Of a stretch of DNA of 64,000 nt, positions 57,962 through 64,000 are shown in pieces. The first letter of the stretch is position 1, and each line of letters begins with the position of its first letter. The translations under genes were made by a program, and so were the position numbers. The stretch spans positions 1 to 64,000 of the forward strand of contig JAPDJH010000015.1 of assembly GCA_029259175.1 (NCBI GenBank). The letters are read 5' to 3'. The stretch is from Hadesarchaea archaeon (GTDB taxonomy: Archaea > Hadarchaeota > Hadarchaeia > Hadarchaeales > Hadarchaeaceae). The notes under the pieces are model-generated. The model had not been told where the DNA came from, searched no databases, and worked only from the letters and a program-made list of their open reading frames with translations.

Positions 57962-58942
57962 ATGGAAAAAACAAAACCGCTAGACATCGATGGGGGGGTC
58001 GTCCGCGTCTACCCGCTCGCCTTCGAGAGTTTTGGTGTTCGGGGAATGGCCACTTACATCGAGACGGACGATGTAAAAATTGTGGCCGATCCAGGATCTG
58101 CGCTTGGACCGCGCTTCGGCCTGCTCCCGCACGAACTGGAGTACATCGCGCTTGCTCGCTCGAAAGACAGAATTCTGGACTTCTGCCGCAGAGCCGATGT
58201 GTTGACAATCAGTCACTATCACTTTGACCATTTTATCCCCTTTTTCGAAAACTGGACTTGGATATGGTGTTCGGACGAACTGGCGGAACGTGCATATCGC
58301 GGAAAACTTGTGCTTGCCAAGGATCCCACCAGTCACATAAACGTGAGTCAGCGGCGGCGTGGCTATCTTTTCTGGAAGCGGTGCACTCAGGTGGCTGACC
58401 TCCAGATTGCGGATGGTAGAGCTTTCAAGTTTGGAGACACGATTCTCCGATTCAGCAAACCGGTGCCGCACGGGCCAAGGGGTTCCAACATCGGATTGGT
58501 GGTGATGCTCGAAGTTCGAGTCGGCAAGACGAGTGTGGTGCACGCCTCCGATGTTCAGGGACCAATCGAAAGAGAAACCCTTCAATGGCTCGTGAAAGAG
58601 AAGCCAAGCGCCGTGCTGGTGGGGGGCCCTCCGCTCTATCTGAAAGGGTTCAGAATCGAGGAAGAAGCACTTGAACTCGCGAGACAGAACATGATTGAGC
58701 TGGCAAAACACGTTCGCACCATTATAATCGACCACCACTTGTTACGGAGTACCGAATATGTAGAGTTTCTCCAGCCCGTTGTGGCACAGAGCAAAAAAGC
58801 GGGCCACCAGATCTTCACGGCTTCGGAAGCGATTGGGAAAAAACCCGAGCTACTGGAGGCTAGACGGCGGGAGTTGCACGCGGAAAAGCCGATGAAGCGG
58901 GAGTGGTACAAACAACTGGAGAGCGGAGGGATCGAGCTGTGA
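57962..58942 (+). CDS. MBL-fold metallo-hydrolase (UPF0282-like)
   Basis: LAFESFGVRGMA, DPGSALGPR, ISHYHFDH, HASDVQG, DHHLLR. Confidence 0.88.
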   Translation: MEKTKPLDIDGGVVRVYPLAFESFGVRGMATYIETDDVKIVADPGSALGPRFGLLPHELEYIALARSKDRILDFCRRADVLTISHYHFDHFIPFFENWTWIWCSDELAERAYRGKLVLAKDPTSHINVSQRRRGYLFWKRCTQVADLQIADGRAFKFGDTILRFSKPVPHGPRGSNIGLVVMLEVRVGKTSVVHASDVQGPIERETLQWLVKEKPSAVLVGGPPLYLKGFRIEEEALELARQNMIELAKHVRTIIIDHHLLRSTEYVEFLQPVVAQSKKAGHQIFTASEAIGKKPELLEARRRELHAEKPMKREWYKQLESGGIEL

Positions 58943-58943
58943 A

Positions 58944-60806
58944 TCACATCCGTTCTGGAGCCGGAATCCCCATGAGAGACAGGGCGTTTCGAAGCACCAC
59001 GCGCGTACAGTTCACCAATCGCAAGCGGGCCGATCGGACATCGGGGGTTTCCGCGGTGAGAACGGGACACGCCTCGTAAAACGTGTTGAAAGCCAAGGCA
59101 ACAGCAGCGGCGTGTTGAGCCAGCAGATGAGGCTGAAAGTTCAAACCGGCGTCGGCCACAACCTCCGGAAAGCGGGCGAGCAACTTGATTAGTGTGGCCT
59201 CTTCGACGCTCTGAAGCACTTCTGCCGGTGCGCGCTTTCTAACTTTGCCAGCTTTTCTCAAGATGCTACAAGCACGCGCGTGAGCGTACTGAATGGCCGG
59301 ACCGCTGTTGCGCTGGAAATCCAGAGCTTCTTCCCATCGGAACACTATGCGCTTTTCTGGAGAGGTGGCGAGCAAAGAGTAGCGAACGGCTGCTATCCCC
59401 ACAGACTCTGCGGCCTGCTTCCAAAAAGCCGGGGAAGCCTTCGGAGCGTGCTCCTTAACGATTTGATATGCGCGAGCCACGGCGTCTTCGACCACATCGT
59501 CCACGGAGTGGCCCACCCAAGTACCCTTGCGGCCAGAAAATCTTCCGGTGGGGAGCCACACGTGCTCGTAGGCAAGGTGGTGAGAGTTCTGGAACTCCTG
59601 CTCGTATCCCAGCAAGCGAAGGGCGGCAAAAACCACCTGCTGTGGGAAGCGCTGCTCGGCCCCCACCACGTTGACGACTATGTCCGCGCCTCCAAAGGAG
59701 TCAGATTTTCCTGTGGAGGTGCTCGTGTAGGTGCGCGTCCCGTCCGGGCGGCGGGAGTGGAGCTTGAACTTCAACTTTTGTTTGGTCTTGCCGAACTTCC
59801 AGAGCTGGTAGGCGATATCACGCGCGGTATAGACGGCCGTGCCGTCCGAGCGTACGAGCACTTTATCGCTCATGCCGAAATCGGAAAGTTTGAGAACCAG
59901 AGTTCCCGCGCGCTCTCCCGTTCCGGGAACCAGCTTGGAACTCTCCCGGAGGGCGTTGAGAGCCTCCTCTACGATTCCCGAGCGGGCCAGATCGCTTTCC
60001 CAGACAAGCACATCATATGAGATCCCGAGCCGGTCCGTGGTCTCCAAATTCGCCTTCACGCAGCGCTCAGCGAGCTGGCGGGCCCTTCGAGCGAGCGTGC
60101 CACGTCCCTTCTCCAATTCCTTGAGGACCGATCTGACTTCGGACTCGAGTTTTTCGCTCTCGGATACGCGCTTGTGAAACTCGGCGTAGAGCAGGCCGAG
60201 CACGTGATCGAACTTCGCGCGGGGCCTCTTTCTTATGCGGGTGTAGGCCAATAGGGTCTCGGCCATCTGACGCCCCATGTCGTCGATGTAGTTGTGGACT
60301 TCCACTTGAAAGCCCAAAAACCGGAGCACGCGAGCGATCGTGTCGCCAAGCACAGCATTCCGACCATGACCGATATGGAGGGGCTTGGTGGGATTCACGC
60401 TGGTGTGTTCCACGATGACTTTCTTGTTTTTGGGGCTCTGGGCACCGTAGCGCTCGTCAAGCTTTTCGATGGCGTCGAAGGTGATGCGGGTGAGCTCCGA
60501 AAGGTTGACGAAGAAATTGATGTAGTTGTTGGCGGTTTCCACCTTGCTTATCAGCGGAGAGGGCTTGAGGTGCTGCGTGATCTCGTTGGCGATCCAGCTC
60601 GGGGTCTTGTGGAGCGTGCGCGCGAGCTCGAAACACACGGTGGTGGCGAGGTCACCGAGCTTGGGATCGGGCGGGACTTCCAAGGTCTCGAGAAGCGGGC
60701 GAGGAGAATCAAAGCTAGCGGCACGCATCGCTGCGGAGAGGGCGCGTTCTACCTCGTGCTTGAACACGCGCCACGGGTTTTCGGCCGTCGGAGGTTTGCC
60801 CCGCAT
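58944..60806 (-). CDS. argS: Arginine--tRNA ligase
   Basis: EHTSVNPTKPLHIGHGRN, RSDGT..Y..RDIAY, FSGRKG, QYAHARACSILRK; start ATG 60806. Confidence 0.97.
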   Translation of the reverse strand: MRGKPPTAENPWRVFKHEVERALSAAMRAASFDSPRPLLETLEVPPDPKLGDLATTVCFELARTLHKTPSWIANEITQHLKPSPLISKVETANNYINFFVNLSELTRITFDAIEKLDERYGAQSPKNKKVIVEHTSVNPTKPLHIGHGRNAVLGDTIARVLRFLGFQVEVHNYIDDMGRQMAETLLAYTRIRKRPRAKFDHVLGLLYAEFHKRVSESEKLESEVRSVLKELEKGRGTLARRARQLAERCVKANLETTDRLGISYDVLVWESDLARSGIVEEALNALRESSKLVPGTGERAGTLVLKLSDFGMSDKVLVRSDGTAVYTARDIAYQLWKFGKTKQKLKFKLHSRRPDGTRTYTSTSTGKSDSFGGADIVVNVVGAEQRFPQQVVFAALRLLGYEQEFQNSHHLAYEHVWLPTGRFSGRKGTWVGHSVDDVVEDAVARAYQIVKEHAPKASPAFWKQAAESVGIAAVRYSLLATSPEKRIVFRWEEALDFQRNSGPAIQYAHARACSILRKAGKVRKRAPAEVLQSVEEATLIKLLARFPEVVADAGLNFQPHLLAQHAAAVALAFNTFYEACPVLTAETPDVRSARLRLVNCTRVVLRNALSLMGIPAPERM

Positions 60807-60843
60807 CCAATAACTTAAGTTTTCAGCATTAATAGGAATGTTT
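60807..60843. promoter_or_regulatory. 37-bp AT-rich divergent promoter region shared by argS and tRNA-Arg
   Basis: CCAATAACTTAAGTTTTCAGCATTAATAGGAATGTTT, with TATA-like elements on both strands. Confidence 0.5.
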
Positions 60844-60918
60844 GGGCCCGTGGCGCAGCCAGGATAGCGCGACAGGCTTCGGACCTGTAGGTCGCGGGTT
60901 CGAATCCCGCCGGGCCCG
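60844..60918 (+). tRNA. tRNA-Arg(TCG), CCA not encoded
   Basis: GGGCCCG/CGGGCCC-G acceptor; ACAGG-CTTCGGA-CCTGT anticodon arm; GCGGG-TTCGAAT-CCCGC T arm. Confidence 0.96.
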
Positions 60919-61014
60919 CTTGTTTTGTTTCGAGGATTAATGTTGCCCCTTTTCTCCTTATAAACAACCTTCGTGCAAAGCGAAAGCGAGAAATGCCCAC
61001 AAGGTGAAAAAGCA

Positions 61015-61416
61015 ATGGGTGTGATGGCGGCGCTCACGGCCGTGCTGACGATAACCCTGCCGATAATCGTAACCGTGGTGCTGAGCAATTATCAGACGCA
61101 GCGAATAATTCAAGCTACGATTGAGACCTCGAACCGGCAAACCCGGCGCATCATTCGGAACTCCAACCGGCAGACCCAGCGTATCCTCCGGAAGCTCGAG
61201 CGCTGCTTGGTCAAGATCAGCCGGACCCAGGAGGAGATCAAACGGATTCAGGCCGACACCAACTGCTTGCTGCGTAAGCTTGACTTCGGATTGCGCGCAA
61301 ACGCCCTCATGCACGGGTGGCGACGCACGGACGGGATCACGCCCGAGCGAGCCAAGCGTCTTCCCGAACCTAAAATTTACGACGAGGCACTGCGCATCTG
61401 TTATTACCGGGCGTGA
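61015..61416 (+). CDS. Hypothetical membrane-anchored coiled-coil protein with SNxQTxRI repeats
   Basis: RBS AGGTGA, N-terminal TM, three SN(Y/R)QT(Q/R)RI repeats. Confidence 0.7.
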   Translation: MGVMAALTAVLTITLPIIVTVVLSNYQTQRIIQATIETSNRQTRRIIRNSNRQTQRILRKLERCLVKISRTQEEIKRIQADTNCLLRKLDFGLRANALMHGWRRTDGITPERAKRLPEPKIYDEALRICYYRA

Positions 61417-61513
61417 TGGTTCACCAATTTCTAGCCAATTTGTTTCCAAAAATCGGCTGCTTATTCGCTCCGCGAGTCATCCAATGCAGAACTGCCAAAG
61501 GGTTCTTCAAAAC

Positions 61514-61972
61514 TCACAGGCCGTGTAAAATCGGAGCCTGGGGCTGATTCTTAATCACGCTGTGCACTATGAAGGTCTCCGTGTCACGCACGCCTCTGAG
61601 CCTATGGATTCGCTTTACCAAATGGGCGAGTTCGGTGCTGTCCCTCACAAGCACCTCCACCACGGCGCTGTAACGTCCGAACAGCCGGTAGAACTCGGAT
61701 ACCTGTGGAAGCTTCCGGATCTCTGCCTCGCTGCGCCTCCGGAGTTCCGGATCGGGTTCCTCGTGCAAAAACACATAGGCCTTGGTACTAAGGCCAAAAC
61801 GCAAGGGATCAATCCGAATGGTGAACTGCTCAATCACGCCACTCCGCTTTAGATTCTCTATTCGCTTTGCCACGGTCTGACGCGTAACTCCAAGCTCGGA
61901 CGCGATCTGCACGACCGGCTTGCTACTGTCCTCCAGCAGTTTTTTTATAATTTTTCTGTCGAGTTCATCCAT
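61514..61972 (-). CDS. Lrp/AsnC-family transcriptional regulator
   Basis: MDELDRKII..L.EDS....IA.ELGV...TV..RI..L...GVI, G.YS...V, TETFIV. Confidence 0.93.
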   Translation of the reverse strand: MDELDRKIIKKLLEDSSKPVVQIASELGVTRQTVAKRIENLKRSGVIEQFTIRIDPLRFGLSTKAYVFLHEEPDPELRRRSEAEIRKLPQVSEFYRLFGRYSAVVEVLVRDSTELAHLVKRIHRLRGVRDTETFIVHSVIKNQPQAPILHGL

Positions 61973-62040
61973 TTTATCATTAACATTTTGTTAACAAAAA
62001 ACTTAAAAACTTAATCGTATGGTGTGTGTAGGGACTGTAA

Positions 62041-63924
62041 ATGCAACCGCTGGAGTGGCTGAAATCCCGCATGGGCGCGCGGGAGTTCGAAAAGCTAGCA
62101 CGAATCCCAGATCCTAGGGTTCATCAGTTTGTGGCCGAATCAGCAGAACTGTGCAATCCCAGCGAGATCTTTGTGTGCACTAATTCGCCCGACGACATCC
62201 GACACATCCGAGAACAAGCTTTGGCGACGGGAGAAGAAAAGGCGCTCAACATACCCGGACACACATATCACTTCGACGGACCCACCGATCAGGGCAGGGA
62301 CCGAAAGGCCACGAAGTACTTGGTCCCGCGCGGAGACTACCTGAACCCTGCTCTCAACCAAATCGAGCGGGAGCAGGGGCTGAGCGAAGTAAAGGGGTTG
62401 CTCCGGAACTCCATGGAAGGGAAAACCATGGTGGTGCTCTTCCTCTGTCTCGGCCCCAAGAACTCGGTGTTCACCATTCCGTGTATGGAGTGCACTGATT
62501 CGTGGTATGTTGCACACTCTGTCAACTTGCTCTACCGAACAGCTTACGAGATGTTCGCCGCAGGAGAAACCGCCAATCAAGAACTCTTCCGGGTGCTTCA
62601 CTCCGCAGGCAAGCTGGACGAGCGAATGGTGAGTGCGGAGCCATCCAAGAGACGCATTTACATCGACTACACCGAAAATGTGGTCTACAGTGTCAACACC
62701 CAGTACGCAGGCAACAGTGTTGGGTTCAAAAAACTGGCCTTGCGCTTAGCCATCCGGAAGGCACACCGCGAAGGGTGGCTTGCCGAACACATGATGCTCA
62801 CAGGGGTGCGCGGTCCAAACGGGCGCAGGACCTATCTGGCCGGAGCATTTCCGAGCGCGTGCGGCAAAACTTCTACCGCCATGATCCCGGGCAACACCAT
62901 TCTGGGAGACGATCTTGCCTATCTCCGCAACATTGATGGTGTATGCAGGGCCGTCAACGTCGAGTCCGGAATCTTTGGGATTCTAAAAGGTGTGAACGAA
63001 CGGGACGACCCGCTCATCTGGAAGATTCTGCACAGTCCAGGAGAGGTGATCTTCTCAAACGTGCTCGTCAAAGACGGGCGGCCCTACTGGCTGGATATGG
63101 GGATCGAGCTGCCCAAAGAGGGCGAGAACTTCACCGGCAAATGGTGGGAAGGCAAAACAGACGAAGAAGGAAATCCAATACCAGCTGCACACAAAAACGC
63201 TCGATACACGGTTGCGCTAGAGGCTCTGGAAAACTGCGATCCAGAGCTTCACAATCCTCAGGGCGTAGAGCTCGGTGGAATAATCTTCGGCGGTCGGGAC
63301 TCTCGGGCCTATCCCCCAGTGCAACAGGGCTACGACTGGGTTCACGGCGTCATGGCGTACGGGGCGGCGCTCGAAACGGAGACCACATTTGCCATTGTCG
63401 AGGAGGAAGGCAAATACGAAATCAACCTCATGAGCATTCAGGACTTCATCTCCATCCCGCTAGGGCAGTACCTGAAGAACTACATCGAATTCGGGCGCAA
63501 GTTGCAGAAAGCACCAGCCGTGTTTGGAGTCAACTATTTTCTGCGTGATCTGAAAACGGGTGAGTTCGTGAACAACCGTCAGGACAAGTACGTGTGGGTC
63601 GCGTGGATGGAACGCAGAGTTCACGGAGAAGCCGGAGCGCTGAAGGGACCAACCGGGCTCCTCCCCACCTATGAAGACCTCAGGCGCCTTTTCAAGGAAG
63701 TTCGAGGACTAGACTATCCGAGGGAGGAGTACACGCGCCACTTCACTATACGCGTGCGGGAAAACCTGCGGAAGATCGAGCGCGTGGTGCAGTACTATAA
63801 ACGAGAAGTGCCGGACGCGCCCCCGGAATTGTATCAGGTGTTAGAAGAGCAGCAAAAGCGGTTGTTGAAAGTACAAGCCGAAGCTGGAGATTTTGCTTCC
63901 CCCGACATGTTCGAGGAAGTGTAA
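62041..63924 (+). CDS. pckG: Phosphoenolpyruvate carboxykinase (GTP)
   Basis: QYAGNS.G.KKLALR, WLAEHM, AFPSACGKT, GDDLAY, H.NARYT, IFGGRD, FGVNYF. Confidence 0.96.
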   Translation: MQPLEWLKSRMGAREFEKLARIPDPRVHQFVAESAELCNPSEIFVCTNSPDDIRHIREQALATGEEKALNIPGHTYHFDGPTDQGRDRKATKYLVPRGDYLNPALNQIEREQGLSEVKGLLRNSMEGKTMVVLFLCLGPKNSVFTIPCMECTDSWYVAHSVNLLYRTAYEMFAAGETANQELFRVLHSAGKLDERMVSAEPSKRRIYIDYTENVVYSVNTQYAGNSVGFKKLALRLAIRKAHREGWLAEHMMLTGVRGPNGRRTYLAGAFPSACGKTSTAMIPGNTILGDDLAYLRNIDGVCRAVNVESGIFGILKGVNERDDPLIWKILHSPGEVIFSNVLVKDGRPYWLDMGIELPKEGENFTGKWWEGKTDEEGNPIPAAHKNARYTVALEALENCDPELHNPQGVELGGIIFGGRDSRAYPPVQQGYDWVHGVMAYGAALETETTFAIVEEEGKYEINLMSIQDFISIPLGQYLKNYIEFGRKLQKAPAVFGVNYFLRDLKTGEFVNNRQDKYVWVAWMERRVHGEAGALKGPTGLLPTYEDLRRLFKEVRGLDYPREEYTRHFTIRVRENLRKIERVVQYYKREVPDAPPELYQVLEEQQKRLLKVQAEAGDFASPDMFEEV

Positions 63925-63957
63925 AGTTTTTTGTGCTGACTCGTCATAAGGGTGTCG

Positions 63958-64000
63958 ATGAGCGGGCCCACTGTTGCAGTTGGATCGACCAATCCGACCA
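63958..64000 (+). CDS. Probable inosine/xanthosine triphosphatase (YjjX-like), 5' fragment
   Basis: MSGPTVAVGSTNPT at the window edge matches the VAVGSTNP start motif; only 14 codons visible. Confidence 0.55.
   Translation, partial: MSGPTVAVGSTNPT

Noticed and set aside
60807-61088. N-terminal extension of argS in the ORF track
   Set aside because: It runs antisense through tRNA-Arg and the next gene. ArgRS similarity begins near Met 60806.

Overview
Archaeal chromosomal window from a thermophile. It has archaeal-type ribosomal proteins, Top6A/B, Cbf5, archease, a tungsten-type AOR and IPCT/DIPPS. A Hadarchaeota-like lineage is an impression, not proven. The core is a long minus-strand S10/spc ribosomal superoperon (archease-rtcB-SPOUT-uL3...secY-adk-EMC3/TMCO1-eL34-cmk-eL14-cbf5). 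A plus-strand block follows with dcd, a KH protein, intein-containing top6B, top6A, IPCT/DIPPS and argB-argD-argF-carbamate kinase. The right end has deoC-AOR, argS/tRNA-Arg, lrp and pckG. The left 15 kb is accessory: a >1900-aa pilin-signal surface protein that runs off the edge and is missing from the ORF track, a Trm5-family methylase, a Cas2-like pseudogene abutting palindromic repeats, a knotted-type transcarbamylase, a CPBP protease, a radical SAM/SPASM enzyme and a 1358-aa Gly-rich surface protein. Two tRNAs (Ser-TGA, Arg-TCG), no rRNA, no transposase. Three signals stand out. (1) Every predicted exported domain is strongly enriched in [DE]-N dipeptides that are mostly not N-X-S/T sequons, which suggests an undescribed modification motif. 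(2) aIF1/SUI1 has no in-frame ATG/GTG/TTG ahead of its conserved N-terminus and appears to start at CUG. (3) The Cas2-like remnant sits against a repeat array. All counts are by hand, and family calls are motif recognition, not database searches.
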